Below, piece by piece: positions 1 through 9,677 of a stretch of 64,000 nucleotides of DNA. The notes beneath the pieces were generated by a model. The model saw nothing but the letters and a program-made list of their open reading frames with translations, was not told the origin of the DNA and searched no databases. The position numbers and the translations under genes were made by a program. Position 1 is the first letter of the stretch. Each line of letters begins with the position of its first letter. Source of the stretch: an uncultured Bradymonadales bacterium (GTDB lineage Bacteria; Myxococcota_A; Bradymonadia; JAFGEP01); NCBI GenBank assembly GCA_964503485.1, contig CAZDBH010000004.1, positions 56 to 64,055 of the forward strand, given 5' to 3'.

Positions 1-969
1 TTCCTCTCCCGGCCACACACCAACCGACGGTTCAGCCATATCCGAGGCAAGCGAAGCGCGCCCCATGCCTTGGGTCCGAAACGCGAAACCCGCCTTGCCC
101 GTGGCGTCGATGGTCGCGATACCCGCTTTACCCTCACCGAAGAGCTGCGCTAGATGATCACTCGCCTCGAGTGCGGCGGCCTGTGCATCCGCGCCCACCT
201 TCATCGCATCGACCGCTCGACTGGACATCAAAGCGCGCAGAATGAACTCCCCGGTACCAGTGGCAACAGCGGCACCGATCCGATCTTCGGCCCAAAAACC
301 AGAGCCGGGTATTGGCGAGTCGCCGACTCTGCCGGGGGCCTTCATCCAGATGCCGCCGGTGGATACGGCACAGGCGATCTCGCCGGTCGAATCGAGCGCA
401 AGAGCTCCGACCGTATCCCCTTCGTCGTGCGTCCCGCCATATTTGGTAAGATCTTCCGCTCGCACGGACGCCTCTTTAGCCGTCTCTTTGCCCAGAAGCT
501 CTTTGTACCTTTGCATGCGTTCCGGGCTCGCCTCGCACAGTTCGACAGCGACGGAGCGATCGCGGGCGAATTCGACGGCGCCCGTTCCAACCAACAGACA
601 GTGGGGAGAACTGACTCGTACGGCCTCGGCCAACTCAATGGCGTTCCCAACGTTGGGAACCGCGCCTACAGCCCCGATCGAGGCGTCACCGGCCACCATC
701 ACCGCCGCGTCTGTCTCGACTGCCCCGGCGCGCGTCAGTCCTGATCCTATGCCTGCATTGAAGACACCGGACGATTCCATCGCGCGAACTGCCGTGCGGC
801 AGGCGTCGACCGCCGAACCACCCTCAACCAGGACTGCGGCGCCCGCTACGACCGCCTCTTCGAGTCCAGCGCGATACTGCGCCTCTTTCGAAGCGCTCAT
901 ATTCCGCATCGCCCCTGCACCGCCGTGTACCGCGATGGACCACTGTCGGATAGCCTGGTCGTCCCTCAC
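1..969 (-). CDS. iaaA: Isoaspartyl peptidase/L-asparaginase (Ntn-hydrolase), 3' end runs off the window
   Basis: Not in the ORF track (no stop inside the window). My translation of the minus strand from GTG 969 gives WSIAVHGGAG, VFNAGIGS, GDTVGALALD (nucleophile Thr), STGG, GRVGDSPIPGSG and ATGTGE, open through position 1. Confidence 0.9.
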   Translation of the reverse strand, partial: MRDDQAIRQWSIAVHGGAGAMRNMSASKEAQYRAGLEEAVVAGAAVLVEGGSAVDACRTAVRAMESSGVFNAGIGSGLTRAGAVETDAAVMVAGDASIGAVGAVPNVGNAIELAEAVRVSSPHCLLVGTGAVEFARDRSVAVELCEASPERMQRYKELLGKETAKEASVRAEDLTKYGGTHDEGDTVGALALDSTGEIACAVSTGGIWMKAPGRVGDSPIPGSGFWAEDRIGAAVATGTGEFILRALMSSRAVDAMKVGADAQAAALEASDHLAQLFGEGKAGIATIDATGKAGFAFRTQGMGRASLASDMAEPSVGVWPGEE

Positions 970-1147
970 TGAAAACCCTGCCGGTCGGTTGAATCGTCAG
1001 CACGAAGGAGGCCCACCTCCGAGCCACAGTTGATGTGGTGAATTTTCATGTTCGAGGTGCACCATCGACTAGAAGTTACGGCCCGCACATTGTAATAGAT
1101 ATTCGTACTCGACATGTACTGTCATCGACGCAACCGCTTCCGAGCCA

Positions 1148-1861
1148 ATGGACAAGCGCCTAATGAACGATTTCTTGAACCAAAATGTTGCTGTGACCGG
1201 AGGCTACGGCACACTGGGCACCGTCGTGATCAATATGCTGCTCGAGCGGGGAGCAATATGTCACGTGCCAGTTTTCGGTCGCGATGATCCCGAAGCACAT
1301 CCCCAGTTCAAGAATCCGAAGCTCATCTTTCAGCCGGGAATCGATCTCAGCACCGACAAGGGGGCTCGGAATTTCTTCAATGGCTGCCCGCCCCTATGGG
1401 CGTCCATTCACCTGGCTGGCGGTTTCGAGACATCGGCCCTCACAAAAACGCCCTACAGCTCCTTCCAGCGGATGTGGCGCATCAACGCAGCGACCTGTTT
1501 CCTCAGCTGCAAAGAAGCGGTGAAGCGCATCCGCGTGGGCGGCTTGGGCGGACGAATCGTCAACATCGCCTCGAAACCGGCCCTCAACCCGACCAGTCAT
1601 ATGGTTGCATACGGTGCCGCCAAAGCGGCCGTTGTCTCGATCACGCAAACACTGGCCAAGGAGCTGGCCTCAGAGGCGATTTGGGTGAACGCTGTCGCTC
1701 CCTCGGTACTCGACACCCCAGAAAACCGAGAAGCGATGCCCAAGGCAGACTTTTCGACATGGCCCAAGCTCGAGGACGTGGCAAGAGAGATCATTGAGCT
1801 GGCCTCACCCAACAACAGTACGACGAGTGGAAGCATCGTCACCGCCTACGGTGGAGCCTAG
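1148..1861 (+). CDS. Short-chain dehydrogenase/reductase (SDR)
   Basis: TGGYGTLG Rossmann motif, IVNIAS, YGAAK (YxxxK), VNAVAP; 237 aa. Confidence 0.92.
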   Translation: MDKRLMNDFLNQNVAVTGGYGTLGTVVINMLLERGAICHVPVFGRDDPEAHPQFKNPKLIFQPGIDLSTDKGARNFFNGCPPLWASIHLAGGFETSALTKTPYSSFQRMWRINAATCFLSCKEAVKRIRVGGLGGRIVNIASKPALNPTSHMVAYGAAKAAVVSITQTLAKELASEAIWVNAVAPSVLDTPENREAMPKADFSTWPKLEDVAREIIELASPNNSTTSGSIVTAYGGA

Positions 1862-1872
1862 AGCGAACGCCC

Positions 1873-2052
1873 CTAGAAGTTGTCCAGAATCGTGGAAATC
1901 ATCGATACGACGTCGGTGATGTCCAGAAGGTCGTCGTCGACTACATCGGCTACCACTTGCTCGATCTCGTTGAGTGTCATGCTGCCTAGGATGTGATTCA
2001 ACAGGCGCACCACGTCGGCTACGGTGAGCTCACAGTCTTCATCGATATCGCC
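1873..2052 (-). other. Dockerin-like module of protein A
   Basis: GD-x-D-x-D...D helix NHILG, linker, AD-x-x-D-D...D helix IL: two EF-hand-like loop/helix units at the extreme C-terminus. Confidence 0.8.
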
Positions 2053-5000
2053 GGTTCGTGCTCCGGTCGACGTGTAGATTCGTCTGCTGAAGGCTGCTTC
2101 GAGGGGCGTATTGAAGATCACTGCTTCGATTTCGTGTAGGGAGTCTCGGGGATCGACGGGCAAATCAACCGTGCCCACCAGCGCTGTCACACGAGTGGCC
2201 TCTTCACCACCGACCCTGAAACTGATGAAACTGTCGAATTCAGGCTCCCAGGATGATGCGACGTAATCCAAGCGGACATTCGACGCACACGTATTGTCGA
2301 CGATATCGAGTGCCAAGGTGGGATTGCCGATCTCGGCGATCGTCGCCTCCTCAAAGCCGACCGTGAATCGAACGGCGTGAAGGTCTTCCGGCGTCTGCAG
2401 CCCCTGGGCGATCAGACGCCACATGACGTAGATCGGCAGGGTTCCGTTCTGTATTTCAACTGTCAGGACGCTGTTTCCCGACGCGTTGGGCAACCCACAA
2501 CCCAACAATTCCAGGTTCGTACAACTACTATCACCCTGCCACGCGCAAACCTCGGCAGGGTTGCCGGAACTGTTGGTCAGATGGAATAGGCCCGTGTATC
2601 CGGCTGGGTCGATGACATAGTATTCCACCGGCCGTTGAACGAGTGCTTCGCCTCGCCGCCACGGAGTCCGGACACCCGAAACGCGCGCCATCGTCACTTC
2701 GTCCGCTGCTTCCTCGCACAGATTCGTACAGTAGTTGGTGTCCCCGGCAACCGAGTACCCAGTCGGCGCGCTCTGGACTGTCGCCCCGCCACCTTCTCTG
2801 AGCGCGGTGACGTCGAAACACAGCAGCCCCAAATCAGTGCCTGGCATTTCCGCGGCTGGCCGTCCTCCCTCGACAATGAGCTCCGACTGGAGTCCAGCCC
2901 CAACCAGTGTTTGTGAAACCCGGTAGGCGTCCGCCTCAGGTTCGGCATCCCACCACACCAGCGTCCCCGCCGATGTAAAGAAGTTCTGATCGTTGGGATC
3001 GAGCTGCCGCACGTTGATGTTTGTCGGCGAAGCCAACGTCAACGGTATACCGGTGATGTCATTGCCAGACGTGGTGCCGGATACCGAAGTCGGATTGCTC
3101 TCGACCCTGAGTACGTCGAGCTGCTGACGGAGCGCGCGCATACGGAGGATCGTCTCAATCTGATAGTCGTAGTCGAGATTGGGACCGAGCCGGTTATCGA
3201 GGTAGCAGGCTGCACCCCAATGATGGGCCACTACAACGAATTCCTCTTGCCCGCTCAATCGCCGCGAGACTCGATATGAGATTGAATCTGGGTCGAGCGG
3301 AATGCCCTTGAACTCAACGACCGGATCCCAACAGACCAGGATCTCGCCGGCTCTATTGTCGGTAGCGGTCAAGTTGCTCGGAGCGTCCAATTCCGCTGTC
3401 GGGTTCTCCGAAAGATCGAGCATCATCCAGGTAGGAAGCACCTCACCAAAATGGGTCGTCCTGATTTTGAGTTGTTGGCCGCCCACTGCATTGATTTCTA
3501 CGGCCCAACGGTTCTCTCGCACCAGTTCACCGCCCGTCTCTGGGCAGTCCCCAAAGATGCTGATGAGCGGATCGCCGCCCTCCAGCGTCTCGGTTCGGGG
3601 TGCGGGAGCCAACCGTTCATCGTTGAACTGATTCGGTTGATTGACCCAGGCGAAGACACGGCGTGGTTCCCCTGGCGAGCCCCCGACCGTGTAGTCGAAC
3701 CAAGCCGGTAGGCCAGGATCGTTCATTTGATTCAGCGCGTAGCCGCTTCCTTCGGAATAGGCCTCTGCTCGGATCGCCTCGCTGCAGAACACACCGTTGT
3801 CGACAGTAATCGGCGGTCTGGCGCATGTCGTCGATGCCCCTGAAACGCTGGGATCGCTGTACGTATTGGTCTCAAAATCGCGTTGAACGGCGACGAAGCA
3901 GTAGCGCGCACCCGGAAGGAAACCCGAATTGTCCAGGTCGATTGTGGTCACTCCCGAAGGATCCGCTACGTAGCGACCTACCTCGACGGCACACTCGTCG
4001 AGATCGCCCAAATCCCAGGTTGGGTTTGTACCCATGTTCGGGAACTGGAACGCCGAACGCCACAGGTTGCTTCGGTTCGCAGAGAGTGCGATTTGAGCTT
4101 CACAGCCGGCCTGCTGGTAGAGAATCACTTCATCCGCCTCGGTACCCCGTGGCCCGATCGGCGTCTCCACTTCGATACGCAACACCCCTGCGGTTGCGCC
4201 GCTGGCGCTGAGAATGGGGCGACTGAGCTCTTCCTCAGCTTGAACCGTCGCCGTCAGCGAACCTGGGCCCGCTGCGAGGGGATCGGTGAATCCGAGGTGA
4301 ATGTTGATTGTGCGGTCTCTTCGTGTGGGGACGGTGAACTCGGCACCTTCCCCTTCGTCGAAGATCCAGCTTCTGAACGGACGTTGAAAGTAGCCCCGGG
4401 GGCTGTATCCAAGCATGACTTCGGACGGAAAACCCACGGTGGTGATGTCCAGAGACAACGAAGCTGGATATCGAACAACGCTGGCCTCTCCAGCGGCTGT
4501 GTCGAAATCGAGGGCGTACAAGTCGCCAGAGAGCTGATCGATCAGGATTTCGCGACGCTCCACACCGGGCGGCATCGCAATGTATTCGGTGACGGTTCCC
4601 AGGTCGTTGAGCGCGACTTTCACCATTCGGGTGCCGCCCGAGTCGATGATGTACATCGCCTTGGTATCGGTCATCTGGTACTGGAGACGGTCGAGCCAAT
4701 CGTACCATGTTGCGCCCAAGACGTCGGGGACCGGATCCCAGATGACAATACCGGTAGGATTGATCAGACCCGCCGAGGCCGGCACCATAATGGGATCGCC
4801 CCTCCAGCTATCGCGTCTGATCATGTTATCGTCTGAACTCGTTATGTAGCGGCCGCCCGGGCCGACATACGTCCCCATCGGCCCAGCGAGGTTGTTCCGG
4901 GGGGACTGCCAGGTGTACCGACTATCGGGGCTGAGCGTGTACATGGCGTCGCTGGCGTAACCCGTGACATAGAAGTTGGCGCAGGCATTCATCCAGTCAA

Positions 5001-5688
5001 AGTAGTTGGTCCGATCGCAGGCTAAGTGGGTCGGTTCCCGAATCCCACCGGTACTATAATGTGACTGATACTCACCGTCTGGGTTGAATCGAAGGATACG
5101 ATGATTGTCTCGACTGGCGACGAAGAACATTTGCTCCCAGACGATATCGTCCATCGTGTACGAGCCACCCGGTCGCTGAAACCACCTGCCCCAGGAGATA
5201 TCCCACGGACCGTCCATCTGGCCGCTCACGTCTCCGTCGTACATCACCTCGGAGGTGCCGAGTGCAGCGTCGTACCTGACGAGTTGATTGGCACCGTAGT
5301 CGGCGAACCAGAAGTCGCCGTTTGGAGCGATCGCGAAGCCGGTCGGGTTCGTCATGCTGATCCCGCCAGCCATGACCTCGACGTTGCTTGGGGGTGCAGT
5401 GTAAGTGAAGATTTCGCCGCCCGGTCGGCCCGTCGCCGCGTACGCTTGGTTGTCGGCGAGATCGGTGAAAGTGCTTTCGTCCCAGCCGAAATAGAAGGGA
5501 AAAATCGAGTCTCGGTCCGGGTTCTGAAAAGTATCGGGTATGCCACGGAATCCGAAGTACCAGTACGGGCCGACGGGACCGTCATCGCTCCGCTCCTGGG
5601 CCTCGGCTGGAGAGCCGATCGCCAACGACGCGAGAGCAAGCGTGATGGTCATTGCGAGGAGTTTGGGGGCTGATTTGCGAGGCCTCAT
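1873..5688 (-). CDS. Large secreted protein A: NHL-like beta-propeller, Ig/Fn3 stalk, C-terminal dockerin-like module
   Basis: Signal peptide (AEA|Q). Propeller blades NPTGFAIAPNGDFWFADYGANQL, GPWDI, EPTHLA, GPMG, NPTGI. Fn3 APSNLTA..VCWDPV..YRV. Duplicated Ca-loop tail GDIDEDCELTVAD / ADVVDDDLLDITD. Confidence 0.85.
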   Translation of the reverse strand: MRPRKSAPKLLAMTITLALASLAIGSPAEAQERSDDGPVGPYWYFGFRGIPDTFQNPDRDSIFPFYFGWDESTFTDLADNQAYAATGRPGGEIFTYTAPPSNVEVMAGGISMTNPTGFAIAPNGDFWFADYGANQLVRYDAALGTSEVMYDGDVSGQMDGPWDISWGRWFQRPGGSYTMDDIVWEQMFFVASRDNHRILRFNPDGEYQSHYSTGGIREPTHLACDRTNYFDWMNACANFYVTGYASDAMYTLSPDSRYTWQSPRNNLAGPMGTYVGPGGRYITSSDDNMIRRDSWRGDPIMVPASAGLINPTGIVIWDPVPDVLGATWYDWLDRLQYQMTDTKAMYIIDSGGTRMVKVALNDLGTVTEYIAMPPGVERREILIDQLSGDLYALDFDTAAGEASVVRYPASLSLDITTVGFPSEVMLGYSPRGYFQRPFRSWIFDEGEGAEFTVPTRRDRTINIHLGFTDPLAAGPGSLTATVQAEEELSRPILSASGATAGVLRIEVETPIGPRGTEADEVILYQQAGCEAQIALSANRSNLWRSAFQFPNMGTNPTWDLGDLDECAVEVGRYVADPSGVTTIDLDNSGFLPGARYCFVAVQRDFETNTYSDPSVSGASTTCARPPITVDNGVFCSEAIRAEAYSEGSGYALNQMNDPGLPAWFDYTVGGSPGEPRRVFAWVNQPNQFNDERLAPAPRTETLEGGDPLISIFGDCPETGGELVRENRWAVEINAVGGQQLKIRTTHFGEVLPTWMMLDLSENPTAELDAPSNLTATDNRAGEILVCWDPVVEFKGIPLDPDSISYRVSRRLSGQEEFVVVAHHWGAACYLDNRLGPNLDYDYQIETILRMRALRQQLDVLRVESNPTSVSGTTSGNDITGIPLTLASPTNINVRQLDPNDQNFFTSAGTLVWWDAEPEADAYRVSQTLVGAGLQSELIVEGGRPAAEMPGTDLGLLCFDVTALREGGGATVQSAPTGYSVAGDTNYCTNLCEEAADEVTMARVSGVRTPWRRGEALVQRPVEYYVIDPAGYTGLFHLTNSSGNPAEVCAWQGDSSCTNLELLGCGLPNASGNSVLTVEIQNGTLPIYVMWRLIAQGLQTPEDLHAVRFTVGFEEATIAEIGNPTLALDIVDNTCASNVRLDYVASSWEPEFDSFISFRVGGEEATRVTALVGTVDLPVDPRDSLHEIEAVIFNTPLEAAFSRRIYTSTGARTGDIDEDCELTVADVVRLLNHILGSMTLNEIEQVVADVVDDDLLDITDVVSMISTILDNF

Positions 5689-5879
5689 TATTCAGTTGCC
5701 TCCGCTTCGGTCAGAATCGTCGTGACGAGTTCCACCAGGTCCAATATGTTTACCTCGCTGTCCTGGCTCATATCCGCTACCGGCAGAATGCCATCGACAA
5801 ATGAGACTCGCCCCAGGATGTGGTTGATCAAACGGACCCCATCGAGCACGTCGAGTGAACAGTCGAAGTTCACGTCGCC
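5688..5879 (-). other. Dockerin-like module of protein B
   Basis: GDVNFDCSLDVLDGVRLINHILG...ADMSQDSEVNILDLVELVTTIL. Confidence 0.82.
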
Positions 5880-8800
5880 CAGAATCCGGTCCGCCGGGAC
5901 AAGTAGAGTGCGGCTGAACTCGAGCTCGAGTGGGTTGTTGAACAGTTGCACAGTGATTTCGTGCAGGACTCGCGACGGATCAAGCGGGACCGGAAGGGTC
6001 CCCGAGAGCTCGGTAATGCTAGCCGCCTCGGCCCCATCAGAGAGAATTGAAGCGTACCCGTCGGGACCAGTTGCCCAGTTCGAGATCAAGTAGTCAAGGG
6101 TCAACTCAGTCGCACATTGTTGGCCGATAACGGTCATCGCGATTTCTGGATTGGTGCTGGCTGTGGCGACGCCGAACCCGAACTGAATCGGAAAGGTGAT
6201 TGCCTGTTGCTGGCGTGGACTCATTGTCTCGGGCGGCAGATAGCGCCAACGGAAAATCAGCTTGTCGACCACCTCAGCCAAAAACAGGTTCAAGAAGGCG
6301 TTTCCATACTCGTTGGATATGACGCATCCCTCAAATACGAGGTCGTTGCAGAGACTCGATCCGGTCCAGGCGCAGACCTCAGCGGGCTGACCGCTCTCGT
6401 TGGACGAAAACACCTGACCCAAACGGCCCTGAGTATCGAGTTCGTAGTATCTAACAGGGCCGTAGAACTGGACTGTCTCCACGGTCGGGCCGCTAAACCG
6501 ATTGAGCGGGTCGCCGGTGATCTGCACGGTTTCGGTGGCGTCTTCGCAGAGATTCACGCAGTAGTCCGTGTCGCCTGCCTCGCTCCACCCCGCGCTTGCT
6601 CCTTCGACGACATCACCTTCGGGGCTGGTCCATTGTGGCGTCACGTCGTAGCAATACGACCCCAGTGGCAGGTCGAGGGCTGGGAACTCGCCGGCTCTCG
6701 ATCCGCCGGCCAAAATGAAGCTCTCACTCTCGAGGCTGTTCGCTTCTGTTTGCACCACACGATAGGACGTCGCGACCGGGTCGCGGTCGAACCAGACCTG
6801 GGTACCGGCGGACGCGCCTCCGTCTATCAGTACGGGGAGCTGCACGTTCAGACCGGTGACGGCAGCAAGCGTGGGAGTCAGGTCGACCGAAATGCCGTTA
6901 GTCGAGCCAGTCACGGGGCCTGCCCGCTCACCGAGCAGCTCGATCTGCTGCGTCTGAGTGTCCAGCGCCTTGAGGTCGTATCTTGGCGTGATCCAATAGT
7001 CCCATGAACTGTCGGCGGCGAGACCGTAGTCGACGAAACAGGTGGTTCTCCAATTCTCCTGCAGAACCTCTGACGGACTGCCACCTACCGGTCCACGGGC
7101 AATTCGATAAGACAACCGCTCTTCGTCCATGGCTAAGCCGACGAAGTGGGACAGACCATCCCAGCATACAGTGACCCGGCCAGACTCGTCGGTTGAGGCG
7201 ACCAGGTTGCTGGGCGCGGCAATTTCGCTCGTGGGACCAACCGACAGGTCGAACATGCGCCATGTAGCGGGAAACTTCTCGAAGTGGACGATACGAATTC
7301 GAAGCCGGTCACCACCACGAGCTGTGAGGGATACAACTTGCTGGCCTTGGGCCAGTAGCTGGCTGCCCTCGACGGATGGGCAGCTATCGTAGACGCTGAT
7401 CAGAGCGTTGATGGCCTCTTCGTTGTCGACCCAGATGACGACTTGTCGTTCCTCGGAACCGCTGCCTTCTACCGAATACTCGAACCAACCCGGGGTTCCT
7501 CCTGCCGCCGTAGGAAGCAGTGGAAAACCACTGCTCTCGTCGTAGGACTCGGCTGGGAGCGCCTGATTGCAGAAGATCCCATTGCGGCCACCGTTGCCAG
7601 GGCGTTCACAGGCGTCGATGTAGTTCAAATCACTGAATTCACTAACAATACTGTCGTCATCGTCGATCGAAAGCGCGACCATGCACTGCTCGGTATCCGG
7701 AATCCATGGCACCTCGTCGAGCGTCACCGTGGTGGTTCCCGACGGGTCAGCGGGAAAGAAGCCCGCAAAGCTGAGACAATCGTCTGCCAGCGCTTGGGAA
7801 AAATGGGCGTCGCGAACCGGGTTAGGGAAGGGAAAGACTTCTCCGGGAATGCGTCCGCCGAATCCGTTAACGTTGTATACGGCGGCTGCCAGGTCGATGA
7901 GTTCCGTGCAATCGGTAAGAACGTAGAGGGCCAGCCTGTCGGGTTCAGCACCCAACGCGCCGACGGGGTGGACTACCTCTGCCTCGAGAACCCCTCCGAC
8001 GGGAGATGACAGTGCAAGCGTTGGCTTGGGCAACACTTGATCAAGGGTTTGGGTGAAACTGGCCGTCACCGGCGCGGCGCTCTCAGGGTCGCTCCAGCCG
8101 AGATAGAAGTAGGCTTCGTCGTCTCTCACAACAGGCACCGTGAAGGACGCCCCGGCATCGGTCGCGCCTATGATCCAACTGTCGTCGACCACCCGTCCAC
8201 CCAGCATGGCGCCCACGTAGAGGTCGGCGGCCGATCCCCCATCGAACTCGGCAAAATACCGCTCTCGCTCGACAATCAAGGATGCCTCACCCGATCCGGT
8301 GTCTGCCGATGTGAGGAACAAATCACGGGTGTTTAGATCGAGCAGCATACCGGTTGGTGAATCGAGGCCATCGCGAAAGACGGTGGGAGTCGAGCCGGCC
8401 AAGGCTGACCGAAAGATGGTGTCTGCTCCTTGGTCAACCACGAACAACCCGGCACTTGGTCTTGCCCGCCAAGAGATGTAGTCGTGTACGTGCGGATTGA
8501 GCGGATCCGGACTCGGATCCATGAGGCTGATCGAGACCGGGTCGACGAAGTGATTCGTCCCATCTACGATAACCTCCGGTCCTACGCCACCGAAGCCGAA
8601 GGGGCCGAAATTGGCTGCTTGGATGACCTTTCGGCTGTCACGGCTGAGGATAAGGTGGGGTGTGGTTGATCCCAGGTTGATCGCTACGTCGATTGGACCG
8701 TCGAATAAGGGTGAACTGATAAAACTAAATGTTCTGCAACTCGCGCATCCGGAGTACCCGATTATCCTGTCTGCCGCGTAGTCGGCGACTGCTACGTAGC

Positions 8801-9488
8801 CGAAGACCTCCCAGATCTGGGTCGAATCGTTGAAGCGCCATGCTTCTCCGATTCCTGTGGGCTCGATTATTCCGGATCCGGACTTGTACTCGGCATAGCC
8901 CCCGCTGTTTGTGAGCTCGATCAAACGGCCGTTGTCTCTGCTCGATATAATCGCTCGGATTGGCGGTTCGCCTGGCGCCAGCGCCTCGGGGTATACGATG
9001 CCGTTTCCTGCGCGACCGTGCCAAAAGAAGCCGACGTCCCATGGCCCTGATAACTGCGGTCCGTCGTAAATCGTCCGAAAAACGCCGCTGACCGGATCAA
9101 AACCAACGACTCGATTTGCACCGTAGTCGGCTATCCAGATTTCGCCGGTGTCAGGGTGTTGGCTCATCCCGGTCGGTTGAACCAATTCGGCACTGGAGAG
9201 CAGTTCCGTTTCGAGCGCTGGAACCAGATACTGATAGAGGTTTCCGTCTGGAGAGCCACTGGTGGTTACGACGTCTCCGTCGCGCAATTCGGGAATCGGC
9301 ACGCCTTGGTCTTGCCACCGAATCGCCGCCCGCGTTTGCGATGGCAGGGCACCTTCGGTATCGCCAAAATAGGTCAACGGCTCGATAGGCCCGTCGGGGA
9401 TGACGACCTGCGCCGAGGATGACAGAGGCACCACTAGCAGGGCGAGGCAGAGAACATGTCGGAGTGCAGCTGTTGATCGTCGTTTCAT
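5688..9488 (-). CDS. Large secreted protein B, paralog of A (beta-propeller/Fn3/dockerin-like)
   Basis: Signal peptide (SSA|Q), same domain order and conserved motifs as A (PTG..IWIADYGANRVV, DPSGTTT, NGIFCNQA, APSNL, AGDTDYCVNLCEDA). Its TAA overlaps the ATG of A (TAATG at 5690-5686). Confidence 0.85.
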   Translation of the reverse strand: MKRRSTAALRHVLCLALLVVPLSSSAQVVIPDGPIEPLTYFGDTEGALPSQTRAAIRWQDQGVPIPELRDGDVVTTSGSPDGNLYQYLVPALETELLSSAELVQPTGMSQHPDTGEIWIADYGANRVVGFDPVSGVFRTIYDGPQLSGPWDVGFFWHGRAGNGIVYPEALAPGEPPIRAIISSRDNGRLIELTNSGGYAEYKSGSGIIEPTGIGEAWRFNDSTQIWEVFGYVAVADYAADRIIGYSGCASCRTFSFISSPLFDGPIDVAINLGSTTPHLILSRDSRKVIQAANFGPFGFGGVGPEVIVDGTNHFVDPVSISLMDPSPDPLNPHVHDYISWRARPSAGLFVVDQGADTIFRSALAGSTPTVFRDGLDSPTGMLLDLNTRDLFLTSADTGSGEASLIVERERYFAEFDGGSAADLYVGAMLGGRVVDDSWIIGATDAGASFTVPVVRDDEAYFYLGWSDPESAAPVTASFTQTLDQVLPKPTLALSSPVGGVLEAEVVHPVGALGAEPDRLALYVLTDCTELIDLAAAVYNVNGFGGRIPGEVFPFPNPVRDAHFSQALADDCLSFAGFFPADPSGTTTVTLDEVPWIPDTEQCMVALSIDDDDSIVSEFSDLNYIDACERPGNGGRNGIFCNQALPAESYDESSGFPLLPTAAGGTPGWFEYSVEGSGSEERQVVIWVDNEEAINALISVYDSCPSVEGSQLLAQGQQVVSLTARGGDRLRIRIVHFEKFPATWRMFDLSVGPTSEIAAPSNLVASTDESGRVTVCWDGLSHFVGLAMDEERLSYRIARGPVGGSPSEVLQENWRTTCFVDYGLAADSSWDYWITPRYDLKALDTQTQQIELLGERAGPVTGSTNGISVDLTPTLAAVTGLNVQLPVLIDGGASAGTQVWFDRDPVATSYRVVQTEANSLESESFILAGGSRAGEFPALDLPLGSYCYDVTPQWTSPEGDVVEGASAGWSEAGDTDYCVNLCEDATETVQITGDPLNRFSGPTVETVQFYGPVRYYELDTQGRLGQVFSSNESGQPAEVCAWTGSSLCNDLVFEGCVISNEYGNAFLNLFLAEVVDKLIFRWRYLPPETMSPRQQQAITFPIQFGFGVATASTNPEIAMTVIGQQCATELTLDYLISNWATGPDGYASILSDGAEAASITELSGTLPVPLDPSRVLHEITVQLFNNPLELEFSRTLLVPADRILGDVNFDCSLDVLDGVRLINHILGRVSFVDGILPVADMSQDSEVNILDLVELVTTILTEAEATE

Positions 9489-9491
9489 AGC

Positions 9492-9677
9492 TTATCCCGA
9501 CAGGTCGTTGAGAATGTGGGAGATCATCGCAACCATATCGAGGATGTCGACCTCGGTGTCCTCGTTGAAGTCACCTAGTGGAAGCAGTGCTTCGGCGATG
9601 AGTTCGAGTCCGAGGATGTGGTTGTTGATGATGACGACATCGAGCACGTTGATTCGGCAGTCGTGATTTACGTCACC
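9492..9677 (-). other. Dockerin-like module of protein C
   Basis: GDVNHDCRINVLDVVIINNHILG...GDFNEDTEVDILDMVAMISHIL. Confidence 0.85.

Noticed and set aside
154-1033. Plus-strand ORFs 154..744 and 242..1033
   Set aside because: Antisense shadows of the minus-strand isoaspartyl peptidase, which carries all family motifs.
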